This document shows positions 11,596 to 24,925 of a stretch of DNA of 55,807 nucleotides, one piece after another. The notes beneath the pieces were generated by a model that searched no databases, had not been told where the DNA came from, and was given only the letters and a program-made list of their open reading frames with translations. Both the position numbers and the translations under genes were made by a program. Each line of letters begins with the position of its first letter. Position 1 is the first letter of the stretch. The stretch comes from Toensbergia leucococca (Eukaryota), in contig JALDZS010000012.1 of assembly GCA_022813965.1 (NCBI GenBank), positions 186,001 to 241,807 of the forward strand, written 5' to 3'.

Positions 11596-14500
11596 TCACC
11601 GGGATTTCTGCTACGCAAAGCTCGTCAGTACTCATAACATCGCCTCCCCATCCCCAATTTCCTGCACTTACTAGACTAGCTACAGCTGCTGCGGCCGCAA
11701 AATCTAACTTCCCACTGGCTGTGCGAGGCGTGACTCTTGGCAATGCTGATCCTGTAATAGTGGCCCCGTTAAGAGATCTTTTAGTCCCAGCACTACTTTG
11801 TAGACCATTGATCGTCGAATGCCTTTTTGGCGCCGCCGTAGATTTGCTCGGCGAAGCACTGGGCAAATCTCGATTCTTGACGAGAATGCCATTCTTGAAG
11901 CTTGTTGCTGGGGTTTCGGGTAATGGTCGTATCGCCGCTGGCGTGTGCAAGGAATTGTAGCGTTTGATGGGAGAGTTGTTGGCTGTCGAGGTCTGGAGGC
12001 GAGTACGGTTCGCTGGTTTACTACCTGTTATGAATTCGTGGAGAATGGCTTCGTCGGGTTTCAGACGCCGTTCGGGGTCCCAACGTAGACAGCGGGTGAT
12101 AAAATCTAGAAATGCTTCGTCTTCGCATTTTAAAGCCTGTTGGAGTGACTTCGTGCTCGGCCTCCGTCGCTTCCCCTTGGAGGACACTGTTAGGCGGGGC
12201 TTGCCCAGAGAGTCAAAGAAGAGCTTCTTGCGGGTACTTTTCTCGATAAGATGTTTCTCAGGTGGACCAAAGACTTCCATTATACAAGCCAATTGCTCTT
12301 GTTCATTCTCGCCAGGAAAGATGGGATAACCTGTCAGGAGCTCTGCCAATATGCAACCCAAACTCCACATATCAATTGATAGGCCATAGGTCATGCCTAG
12401 GATGACTTCTGGCGATCGATAGAAACGGGATTGGATGTAAGTGTACACTTTTTCGTTCTCAAGGCAACTTGATCCAAAGTCGATGACTTTGATTTCCGAA
12501 TGGGCAGGATGTGCGAGAAGTATGTTCTCTGGCTTCAAATCGCAATGAATGACTTTGTGACTTTTCAAGAGGATAAGACTGCTTAGAAGCTGCTTTGCAA
12601 AGCGTCGGATTAGTTTCAATGAGAAACCTCTGAAGTCGTGGCACTTGATGAATTCGTAGAGATTCATGCCCAAGAGCTCGGTTGAAATACAGAGATGACC
12701 TCGAAAGTAGAAGCTCTGCGTGAAATTGACCATGCTGTGTTTGTTTTGAGGATCCTGACGGTATAAATTCATCAGTACACGAGCCAGAGATTTCAACGAG
12801 TAAAACAAGACTAACCCATTCCCTGAGTTTCTGTAAGATATTGACCTCAACCAATGCTTGCTGGTGAAACCTCTTTTTGTTTCTTATGATCTTGATAGCA
12901 ACTAAACCCCCTGCCTTGTGGTCTACACATCGCACAACCTGTCCAAAGCTGCCTTTTCCAAGAATATCGATAATCTCATACCGGTAAGCTACATGGTCTC
13001 CGTTGACGATATTGTAGTCACCTCGATCGTCGTCGTATCCGAAATTAGCCGTCTCTGCCGCTAGATCGCCCATGTGCTTCTGCGCATTCGGTGTGCCCCA
13101 GAAATAAATCTCCTTGTAGTCGACAATTTCACCACGCTCAAAAATGTTGAGTTGTGTTGTTCGTAATGCTTGTGACGATGATACCCGCTCCCGGGGAGTT
13201 GCTCTTCGCCGTAGCTCATCCATTTCTACCGCTGCGCTCTCGGTGTCTTTACGTTTCAAAGCTAGTCTCTTCATCTCCTCTTCAGCTATGAGATCGTCGC
13301 GATCAAGATGTGTTTCTGCGTTGCGGGTTTCTCTCAAGGAAGCTTTGGAGCCAAGGCTGTTCAAAGTCAAGGTTGAGGTAGATCGAGTTGTCCTTGTTGG
13401 AGCTGAAATTGCCGTATAACCAGTAGGCGCCGGTTCTTTTTTGGGGCTTCCATTGGCTATCCATACGTCGCTTTGAGAGTGGGCAAGGTCGAAATTAATT
13501 GCAGAGTTGGAAGCGTGCTTTTTGGAATAAATGTAAGATGACTTTCGGGTTGGGCTAGGACTTGGCAAGAACGGACCACTCCAGGTGGCTGAGGCAGGCA
13601 GTCTTGGCGGAGGCATGTGATTATGCTTTGGGGGTTCTGGAGGATATTCCGAGTCACGCTCCGCTGCGGCTGCTCGGCCTTTGGAGGAGCTACGCCTGCG
13701 CGTCAAGCTTAATTTACGCCGCAGAGAAGATCCAAAAGAAGTTGTGCTTGGTTCCACAGGACTAGAGTGTCGACTTGGGGCGTCGCTCTTTGCAGAAGCC
13801 AATGTACGTGGCCCCGTTAGTTTGTGCGATCTTGTCTCGTAGCCCGCGTGGATTGTGTTGTATTCTCCACTGTATTTAGGTCTATGATATCCGAAGTCGC
13901 CGCTGGTCTTCGGTAGAGATGACGAAATGAACGGAGACATAGCTTTTCGACCAGCGCGGGATTCAGGAGCAGTCGGGACATTCGAGCTTGAGCTACTAGG
14001 AGCACGAAAGGACGAGGCTTCAGATCTCAAGGCATAGTGAGAGCTACTACTTCGAACTTGCGGTGGCGCAGGCAAGGGTTCTTCTTCTCGGCGACTTCTC
14101 GAGAAAAAACTCGTTTTTGAAGCTGTCATGGGAGTACTTGGTGTCGCTGCAGGACCATGTTTTGGCGGAGGCGTCATGTTACCTGGATTGGTAATTGTAG
14201 GCTCATCCGGAAGAGATGCAATCTTCGCGGCGGTTGGCGTGCTTAGAGGAAGTAAGTTCAAAGGTGGTAAACGTAAAGGCTGTAGTGATTTCAAATTGTT
14301 GCTTGTGTTCGTCCCAGGTTTCCTATCTCCTCCAGGTACTGCTGTTATGGTAGTACCTCTTCTTTGTCGAACCTCTCGATCACCGTCCGCTTGTTCATCG
14401 ATGAGCGTGGGAGGTACACAGTCACCTGTGGAGGAGCTGTCCAGACTGCCAGAGTCAATTGGCAAACTCGATTTACGGGCAGAGAAGAACGGTTGATCGA

Positions 14501-16321
14501 TTTCAGTCTTGGGTGACTCGTAGGCTTTAGGAATTGCAGGAACAGGGGGAACACTCTCTTCTTTAACAGCCGAAGTATTGTCGATGCGTGTTTTGGGCGT
14601 GGGCAGTCTAGAGGTCGAAAGACTCTGAGGTATACGGATTGAACCCGTTGAAGTTCGAATTGAGTTGTAGCTTGTATTCGAAGAGTTGGAAATGCCCGAA
14701 CTGTAGGATTTACGATTATGGTCCGGAGTTGCTCGAGAGGAAGAAGGTGTGACGCTTTTCCGTGGTATTAGAGGTGGTGATTGGACTGCAGTTTGAGTCT
14801 CTAGGGATTGAGTGTCGAGTTGTGGCGTTGTTGGAGTTGTTGGGGTGTGAGGTAATGGGGGTGCATTTGGCATCATAGACATTCTCTTCATTCGACGCGT
14901 ATCTGTGGGACTGATAGTCCGTGCGCCCAAGCCCGTGGCGTATGCGTTGGGCATTACGGACAGCCTCTTGCTCGAGGATGGGGTATTCGTTCTTCTACCG
15001 GTTGACCTTACCGGGGATCGAGCAGTACTTATAGATGAATAAGTAAATTGGTCAGGTGTCATTAACAGCGGTGTGAGATTATCTTGGGGCCGCCTAGAAG
15101 GTGGTTGCAATGATTTCGCCTTCATGCTCCGAGATGAGGCTGATGATCTCGGTCCGTCTACCTGGTCTAAAGTCTGATATCCAGAGATCGATCTTCCGGC
15201 CATCTGCTCACCAGGAGCGGGTAGCTCTTCGTCTTCCAAATAATCTGCTTGCGAAGCACCTAACACTCGGGTCCGTGCAATCCGTTCCGTGACGTCTGAT
15301 CCAAGGAGGCCTGGACCAACAGATTTCCTCGGCGATCGTTCAATGCCTGTATTGATGGGTGGAGCTGGAAAAAGGCTTTGCCGCCGAGTCTTTGCGGTCA
15401 ACGGAGGATTTGGTTGTCCTACCACCTCAATGTCTCCATCTGGTGGTTGCCCGCTTTGTCGTGCACTGCTGTCGTGACGACGTAGGAACGAGCCACTACG
15501 ACCGATACGTGACTCAAAATTCGATGAATCCGTAAACTTCGAATGACCTTTCATTCCATGTCCGCGGCTGACTGGGCCATTGCCGTTTGATTCACGAGTA
15601 TGAAATTTTCCGCTTCCACTAGAAATCGGAAAACCGCCAATGTCAGGATTTTCAGACGCAATACTTGCGTGAAAGTCGTCAAAGCTCACTGGCGGCAAGA
15701 AATCGAACGTCCCTGTTGTGTTCTCTGCGTCTCCCTTGTTGCGGAGACCGAGACTCAGTCTGGGCGCTTTCGTGTTCGATACCTGCTTTGAATATTGTTC
15801 ACTTTGAAGATTGGGCCTATTTGTAGAGTTTTGACCCGCTGAAGGATTACAGGCGGACCTAGGAGAGTCAGTCTATTAGGAGTAGTGTTAATAGACCTAG
15901 AGGCTGTTTATGTGTGTCGGACATACCATTTTGATGGGGAGTTGTCCACGGAGCATGAAGCTGATGGACCTCCCTTGTCCTTGATTGACTGCGATCTTTG
16001 GCCAGAGAAGTTTGATCGGGGTTCTATCGTGCGATTCGTAGATAAGATTGACTGTAGGGAAACATCGCCGCCCGAAGTACTTTTCTGAAGCCTCTTCCGT
16101 GCCTTGCCTTCTGTTGTGACACCTGTAAGTAAACGATTCGTTGTAGACCAAGGTAGGTACCCGCTTTGGCCGAGGGGGCTGGCGTCCTGCGTACCTCCTG
16201 TGCTCGAGTCATCAACCCGAGAAGAGCCTAGGATTTTAGATTGTGATGCCTGGACACGTCCAATCTTGTTCGAATTATCCTCGTTTACTAGTTCCTGCTG
16301 TGTGGCCACCCTTGTAGGCAT
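11596..16321 (-). CDS. pom1: DYRK-family dual-specificity protein kinase, Pom1-like
   Basis: DH-box GYDDDRGDY, GKGSFGQV, VAIKII, HCDLKPEN, DFGSSC, YTYIQSRFYRSPEVILG, after a long Ser/Pro-rich N-terminus. Introns near 15926-15860, 12817-12756 and about 11671-11611; stop at 11596. Start at ATG 16321 is the best guess. Confidence 0.9.
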
Positions 16322-17685
16322 GATGAAGTTGTCCTGTAGCGACAGGTATGCCGTTCCTCTTTTCGAGACCCTATTCTTATCCACTCAAAGTATTCTCGAT
16401 CTCCGATGCTTAGGGTTTTTTTAGAAAATCGGTGCGGCGAGTAAAGGTTGGATAGGCCGGCATCACATTTAATTGCAGTCAGCAGGAACGCGCTCTGACT
16501 TTGACCCGCTCTTCATAGCTAAGGAAGGTGCAGGAGGCTCTGTGTTGCAAGACTGAGTAACCTTATTCAATGTCCCCATAATCCCCCTAGAAATCGGCCA
16601 AATGTCGTTGTTACACGGTGGATCGCTTTCTGTATTCCCCCTCGCCCATATTCTAGATCACGAAAGGAGCTATGCGTTTCGTGGACAAACCTTATTTACG
16701 CGGGCCGCAATTTTCCCGAGTGGAATTATCCGTACTCGTACGGATACTCCGTAGTTGTGATAAAAACAACATCAATGACATTATGAAGCAGTCTATAATT
16801 TAACTGATTCATTGTGCATGGCCGAGGGAAGACACGACTCTTTGTTGCTTAGTACTGTCACATTTCCGGAAAGGGAAGGAGATCCTTCGATAGGGACCAG
16901 TGTTCCTCGGACCATTGGACTCCTACGGTAGATTGAAATTAAAGCCTCGAGATGCAGGATCACAGCCTAGGTGAGTACTGGTACGTCATCAGTTTTTCCA
17001 GGACTGCAATACTGCTATTACACGACAGTATGAGAAGCCTGCATTAGGTAGGTAGATACGTTGGAGGGTACAGAGCCACGAAGAAACACAATCTGACTCG
17101 AGTCTCGTTATCAGACTATGAAACATGACGATGCTACTAGTAAGGTATTTCACGTGTCTTGAGCCATGTTTGATTTCATACCTGGCGTGCTAGGTACCTA
17201 GGCAGCATGGCAAGCGTTTCCATCGCGGGGCCACTAAGGTACCCGCTCACTGAAGGCACGAGGGGTAAGCTACCTACCTTAGTTTAGGAGACTTTATTAA
17301 TTCAAAGCTTCATGTCTCCTTTTCACGGATACAATGAACTTATCAAGTTAGTCGATTCGATACCTTGACTAAGGTATTCTATGTTTTTGCCGATGGTGTG
17401 GCGACAATTCTATAGAAGCAGCTAGCAGAGGGTAATAGTAAGTCGATGCCTTACACAAGGTAGGTGGGTAGGTACCCAGCCTCCAGCTAATCTTGATGAA
17501 CTTTCTGTTTTTGCCTATTCGTTCTTCTGTGCTATCGATAGTAGTCGAATTATTGTCTGAGCAATATCTCAGCAACGGACGATACTCAATGCTTACCTCT
17601 GCCAGATGACCCTTGAATATGGGATATACGAATAGAATCAGTAAATTCTACCAATCATTCGCTTAGCATTATTACGTATTCTGCT

Positions 17686-20600
17686 ATGGCCGAAGGGCAA
17701 TTCATGAGTGTGTGGCGAGATGCTGTTGAAAGATATCGAGAAGCTACGGGCATCGACATTAATAGCAAGACTATACTCAAACCGTCATCACCAGAAGCTC
17801 TAGAGAGGCTGATCGATGAGCAACAAGGCAAATTCGAAAGCTTTAGAAGCAAAAAAGCAACTTTCTTCCGTATTCTAATGAGTGTCTCTATGTTCATTAA
17901 TGTGGTTGGAAAATGGGCTTCGCCCGGAGCTACCAATGTCTGTCTCTGATATATCTACAAGTCTGTGTCGTATACGGATTGCTGATGCTGATCTTCCTGC
18001 AGGCACTCCCGGCCAGTACCCTTATTTTTGGAGCCGTAGCAACTTTGGTCAACGTAAGTTGAATCTTCTCCATGCCTTGCAGATACTTCTAGAAAAGCTG
18101 ATAGTTGTAGTAGACCGCAAAGGGTTTAAGTGATGCCTATGACACTATCATCGACCTCTTTGCAACGATACAAGGATTTCTTGACCGTTTGAGTATATAT
18201 GTACAGCATCAGCTACCTCAGGCACTTCAAGGGCTTGCGACGGAGTTAATGGCATCGCTGCTGGAGATTTGCGGGCTTTCTGTCAAATTCATTAACGATG
18301 GTCGATTAAGTATGTCTATCATAGTTGAAAGGCCTCATTCGGGTATGGGACTTACAGAATACAGAGAGATACCTAAAGAATATCTTGACTGAACGCGATC
18401 AACAAATCTCGATTGTTCTTCGGAGGTTGAACGCGCTTACAGATCGTGAAGGAAGACTGGCCTCAGCCCTTACGTACGCTGAAGGTGCTCGGTCAGGGAA
18501 GATCCTCGACGGTGTAGACCAAAAAGTCGATGATGTCAGGCTAGGCGTCGAAAATATACAGGTTACCAATACCGACATCCAAGAGAAACTGGGCGAGATA
18601 TCTAGAATCGTAAAGAATACCTCGAAGCCAGAAAATGAAAAGGAATCGGCGAAGAAGCAAGATGAAACCATTAGAAAGGCATTAAAACCGGAATTAACTA
18701 AACAACAAGATATCTATGACAACGTATCAAGGAATATTTTGCGCGGCTCTGGAGACTGGATCTTGAACGAGCAGTTGTTTAGCGGCTGGAGAGATGAAAA
18801 GAAACCTATCTTGTTCGTTTTTGGTGGACCAGGCTCAGGGAAGTCATACCTATCTCTGAAGATTATAAGATATCTTCAAAAATTACACCCACAAGGTGTT
18901 CAAAACCCGTCACGAGTTTCGGTTGCGTACTTCTTCTGCAAGGACGATGATCCAATGATGAGATCGTTCAACACCTTACTGCGGACAGTTGCTTTTCAAA
19001 TTACCCAAAACGATCCGGTTTATGCAAAGCACGTAGCAACCTTCAGCGGTATCGAAGATGTTCACGCTACTCAAAGTCTCTCCACGGAAAGCCTTTGGAA
19101 GACGCTCTTCAAAGATTTCTTCAACAAGATGCCTTCACTAAAGAACACATTCTATATTGTAATTGACGGGTTGGACGAGGCTTTCAAGAAGGAGCGGGAG
19201 CAGTTTATCAGACTCATGGAAGACCTAGAGCAGGATCCTGATGACGATTCTAACTTGAAAATGCAGATTTTATTCCTTGGGCGACCAGAATTGCAAGACG
19301 AGATTGAGGATCTCCTTGGGCCAATTCCCTTGATCGAAGTGTCCGCTAAAAAGAACACATCAGATATCGATGAGTATATCAATAACAGCATCCGAAAGTC
19401 TCGAAAACTAAGCCGTATTTCTCGTCAACTACAATCAGAGATCAGAGAAACACTCAGTAGAGAAGCTGACGGAATGTTCTTGTGGGTCAATCTAATGATT
19501 AAAGAGATTCAGTCCAAAGACCATGAAGAACAGATTCGCAAGACCCTCAAGCAGTTACCAAAAGGCTTATCCGACACTTTACATCATGTGCTTGAGCGAT
19601 TCTCCGATGAGCTGGACGGAGATCAGATAAACGATTTAAACGCAATGTTGGCATGGGTTACTTATGCTCGCCGTCCACTAACATTGGGCGAGCTTGACCT
19701 TATACTGGGAATCATCGACCTTGAGGGGACTTTGAGAGGAAGGTGAGTATTCCGCGTGACTTAATCGCTCTGTTGTGTGTGCTGACCTCGATCGTAAGAT
19801 ATGCGTCTTTTTTCACACTTATGAGAAAAGATGGGAAGTCAACAGAGGACCTGCATGACTCGATCCACCATGTCAGGCTGGAATACGATTCTGATGACAA
19901 AGAATTCGATAGTGTTCCTGCTCCAACGTCCCAAAGCGGGTCGCATACATTTGATTACACATTTGATGATAATCTTATGAACAAGTCGGACCCAGCTTCC
20001 ACAACAATCAGACTAAGCCACGCATCTATAGGGGATTTTTTTCGTGAAGCCAGTCAAGACACGCCCACCGCTGTTGGAGTACACACCAATGATGCAGAGC
20101 TGCGACTCGCCAAATACTGCCTTGGTCTCCTCTGCGACGTGGGAGCGGACTCTTGGTCGGAAAGGCAATCCTCACTCTATGAATATGCTTCAAATTTCTT
20201 CCAAGACCACCTTTCTCAAATCGACATTTCCACCATCGAAGTTGCAGAGAAACAAGAAATTGCAAAGCATCTTGCTCAGATTTTTCGTAATACAGGTACC
20301 ATTCAAAACTGGGTCGGCCAAGCAGTCTATATTCGAAGAGATTGGTTATTCTCACGCGAGAACAATGCGGCCGTGCGTAGGTGGTTGGTTGATGAAGATG
20401 CCCAAATCGCGCTTGACGGAGAAGACATCAACTGGGTTAAAGAAATTGTCCAGGCACCGCTGAATTTGCTCAAGTTGGTGACGGAGATATTTATCAAAAA
20501 GGTAAGCCAGTCCATGTACCTTTGTATCTTTCATGCGGTCAGAGTTAATGTATGGTACAGTGGCTCGCAGAATATGAGTGGGATAGTATTCAGTGCTTTC

Positions 20601-22664
20601 TATTCGTGCATAAGTTTCTCCAGGCGGTCAGTACATTCTTGCGCTCTCCAAGACAAGTTCCCCATGAGTCGTCTTACTGGCTGTCAGATCGAAACCTCAT
20701 CATCTACAAACTATCTGTTCATAGAAGCACCAGATGACAGTACAGTGTCTGCCGATCGAATTGTCCATGTCGCGGAGTGGGCACATACTTGGACGCCTGA
20801 TATCGTGGCACCCCTACCTATTTCAACGCGAAGCGCCCTTTCAACAAGTAACGATGTAAGAGAATTCTCTGCGATCTGGTTTGGTCGGGTTGCAGCAGTG
20901 CTCGAAGGAATGTATTACATTGGCCCTTCCACTAAGTATTATCTCAAAGCAGTGGATGAAGATCCTACCTTGGCTTTCGCTCTGGCTGGACTGGGAAATA
21001 CCTATCTATTATCCAATTCGTATCTGAAGGCGGTAGAATGGCTAGAGAAAGCTCGAGAAGCGTCGAAGGGCCCGAATGATAAAGACCTTTACCTGTCTTG
21101 CGTCAGAAAAATGGCTGTCTTGCAGTTCAGGTTGGGGCATAAAAATGCCGCAATCGATGGGTTGGCTGAGGCTATTGAATTAGACCCTGGCGGTCATGAT
21201 GCTTTGAGGGAGTACATTGAATTACTCGAGGCTGAGAGACGAGTCGAAGACATTGTAAAGCTTTTTGAAAGTCTACGAACAGAGATTCTTGAGCCAACGG
21301 GTAATTCAAGGATAGTAGAATTTCTATTCTTCTTTGCGGATGATCAGCTTTTCGTCGAAAGGCTCAGAGCACTGACACGTCAGGTAGGGTTGGTGAAATA
21401 TATGGAGGATGCCTACAGGTCGGCAATCAAAGCAGCAAAGGCAAAGCAGATTGAAGGTCTAAGAGCAGCGCTTCGAAGCGGTCTTGGCTTTCTCTATTGC
21501 AGGCAGTTGTTGAACGAGGATATGGCAATCAAAACGTGGGAACGCGTTATCAGTGACCCGGAAGTTGCAACGAGTTCCGCTCGCTACTACAAAGCGAGAG
21601 CGTCAGCCTCCGAGCAACTAAGTGTGATCTATTGCAATAGAGCCTTCGATGCCGACGACAACCCTAGCGTCTCAGGCGAATATGTACAAAGATTGGAAGA
21701 CCTCACGAGGCAGCGAGCAGCTCTGGAAACCGACTTTAAAGAGACGTATAGTACACGTCGTGAGACTCTTGTGCTGGGGACTTGGTATCATATGCATGGC
21801 AGGGAGCAAGAGGCAAAGGCTTGCTTTAGAGAGCATGTTATGCTAGCCATTGATCTTTTGACCGATGATCGCGACGACAATGATTGGGAAGGATATCGAG
21901 TACTTGCTAACGCTCTCATGTACGCCGGCGATGACGTGGGCTCGTCATCGGTCTTCGCTCATCGAGAGCAGTTGATGATGCAGGAAAAAGCTCGCGATGA
22001 GGCATCTAAGAACAACTCTAGTGCGGTAGTAAAGGACGACAGTGCAGCTCGACAACAGAACGTCACCAGTATAGAGGAAGGCGATCATGTGGCATTGAAG
22101 TCCGAGATCATCAATGCTTTGGAAACCAAACCCCCGGCAGTTGACGAAGACGGTGATTCTAAAAAGGGAAAGGTGAACGTAAACCTTGAGGAGCTTGCAA
22201 AGACAGAAGAGGGTGCCGAGGGAAGTGATAACGCCGAGGAGGACGAGAACGTAAAAACGAATGAGAAGACAGCTAAACGAGAGAACCTAATCGAAGACTC
22301 CAAAATCACCGCCGAAGAGTCAGAAAACGATAGCACCCCTACCCTGGATCAAGAGGTTCGTATCGACTGGCCGGGCGATGAATTCGGCCCACAAGGCCGC
22401 TGTGACGGCCCCTGTCGCCGGCCTCTCTCCGTCGCGGCCGGGGTGCACTTCTGCCGCTACTGCATCGACGTCGCCTTCTGCGATGATTGTCTCGAGCTCG
22501 TCAAAACAAACACCTTGCCTTTTCTGATGTGTAGTTCCAAGCACACCTTTTTGGACTGCAGTGGCACACCCGAGATGATGAAGCCGGGGGAGATCAAGAT
22601 TGGGGAAAACGTATTTATGATGAGGGAGTGGCTGGGAGGGTTGAGGAGGAGGTGGGAGAGCTAA
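17686..22664 (+). CDS. Fungal NLR-type STAND protein: Goodbye-like N-terminus, NACHT, TPR-like repeats, C-terminal ZZ-like zinc finger
   Basis: N-terminus FMSVWRDAVERYREATG; Walker A GGPGSGKS; VAYFFC; Walker B IVIDGLDE; ADGMFLWV; TPR-like helices; C-terminus CDGPC...HFCRYCIDVAFCDDC...CSSKH. About 6 introns; splice phases checked for the three 3' ones. Confidence 0.88.
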
Positions 22665-23410
22665 ATTAGGGGGGGGGTGAATATCGCATTTTATATATAC
22701 TATATTTCCTATGCTACTCGCCTTCATTTCTTTCCTAATGGATGGTGGACGGATGGCAATGAATGCCCCAATCTCATCTAGATGACTCATGTTGTCATGG
22801 TAGTCAATCCATTTATTAGCTATAAATGTCTGTATTGTCACTGTATTAGACTTCTCGTGCCAACAAGTGTAGCGTCTCTAGGTCCCCTGTGCCTGCTACC
22901 CAAAGACGGACCGAGATATTGAAAAGCGAAGTTCATGCGTCTCAACAAAATCTTTATGAACCCGAGATTCGTTTCAGGCTACACAAATATGGGTCTTCAG
23001 TCTGCGGAAATCAGGGAAGCACGAGAAGTAGGAATGATGTCGGTGAGATTGATACAGAAAGACAACGAAGAGAGAGATGTCACTTTTGAAAAGCCAACGG
23101 CTAAGAGCACTGAATATCAGCGAGTTTTTTAAGGAGACATTGATAAGGGCGTTGAGGATGATTTACTTGTAGATGGATCTGGACATGAGGACAGCATCCA
23201 AAGAAGGGTTTAATATAAATGAAATGCAGCGAGTGGGCGGTCACGGTCACGGTCACATGACTGTGAGGACCGGAATTTCGTCCGCTCACCCCTCTCTTGG
23301 CAAAGCCAACCACCCAACAATTTCTTACCATCTATCTTGTTGCTATATAAGATTCTTTGGTGATTCTTGTTCTCGTTACTTGATATCATGATCGCCCCTT
23401 CATCAACGCA

Positions 23411-23900
23411 ATGGACGCATCATCCCTCAGCCTATTCCAGGAGCAGATCCGCAAGATTTCTCGCGAGCTCATGAAAGTAAGAATCTTCGCAACACTCTCT
23501 TTAAGAGGCACATGCAGATGCCATCACAGTCGTAGCTATCGCCGGTCTACTTTAAGAATTTGTCCATCTTCAAGGCAAGCGGAATATGAATCTTGAGTAG
23601 GGTAAATACAGCCATCGATACTCTTTCTCACCAGCAGTGAAATCGTGCTCCGGACACCAAACCAAGTCGTCGATCTTTATAACATCATCAATCTAATTGA
23701 TCCTTAGTGATTAACAGCTTTTCAGAGTGTCTTTAAGCCACGGACCACCAAGTATATGATACAAATCTATCAAGGATCCTTTACGCCAGAAGACCTTCCC
23801 AAACTCTATAATAGCTCCATCACGCTTTACAATATGAGCGAAGAAGATATATCCACTTCTAGACACGATACTTTACTACCCCTTCTTCCTTTGCCTTTTA
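23411..23900 (+). other. Possible small multi-exon orphan gene or gene relic
   Basis: TATATAA at about 23345, ATG 23411 (MDASSLSLFQEQIRKISRELMK) followed by a GTAAGA donor; downstream exon-like blocks cannot be joined unambiguously. Confidence 0.3.
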
Positions 23901-24925
23901 AATGATTGTTATCTGTCAAGATGGGCATACAGGGTAGCCTGCATACTCCATAGACTCTTGTTTTTCAAAGAACCTTCAATGTCTAATGGGCTGATTGAAC
24001 GCCAATGAAATCTAATCTGCTATCATCTGTGCATCGTCAGCTATCTGGATATGCACCGGTTGTCAGATCTGAGTCCGTTATTTCAAGAGGATCTTACTTC
24101 AAACCAAGTCATCTACTCAGAACTTCTACGACGAGTCTGCCAAGAAGCTTCTCCACTAATAGTAGCCCTTTATCCGACAGATGCTTTCCTGATTGCTCTA
24201 CACCGTTGAAGACATGGATATTTACCTGTGGTTGCTTGGATCCCTAATCCTTACAATTCGGTACCTAAATCTCTGTGATGAGATCAAAGCTAACGATATC
24301 ACTCCAACTCTCGGCCACAGATGTTGGCCCCTGAATCTATCGCGCGCTCATGGTATAAGAGCCAAGATTCCAGTCTGAGAACACAAGCATTTCACTGAAC
24401 GAACTCTCCAACAGGTAATGGATTACCATTTCCCAAAAAAGAACAAAACAACTTCCTCCTAACCCCCTGCGCTGTTTCATGCTCCCAACATCGCTTGTCC
24501 TTCTTAATTACAGCTTCTCCTCAAAAGTAGGTATACTTCTCCTTACTGTTCCTCCCTCCCAATCCCTAGAACGACTCCTTCATTGATCAATCATGATCGT
24601 ACTAGTATGTCAGCTGGACCACTTGGTCATGAAAACCTCAAAAGGTTAGGTGTGACAAGAGTACTTCTGTCTGACAGGGTTCAGGTGGCGAAATATAAAA
24701 CAGCTTTTAAAAGTAACTTAGTAAGATATCAGCTGTGTGATTTTTGAACCCCTTCAAGTCATGGTGACGATGTCTCTTTGATTATTGTAGATTACTTAGA
24801 CATGTCTCCTATCTACCTAAGCTATTATGCTGACTTGATGCTCCTGCAGGTACCCGAATCCGAGACTTTCTTTCTTGCGAAGCCTTCTCAATTCACCATC
24901 CAAGAATCCGTTTCAGAAACGAAAC

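Noticed and set aside
17040..17480. Repeated TAGGTA/GTAGGT words and the CTAGGTACCTAG palindrome in the kinase-NLR divergent region
   Set aside because: Such words recur in other intergenic parts of this window and are irregularly spaced; not an array.
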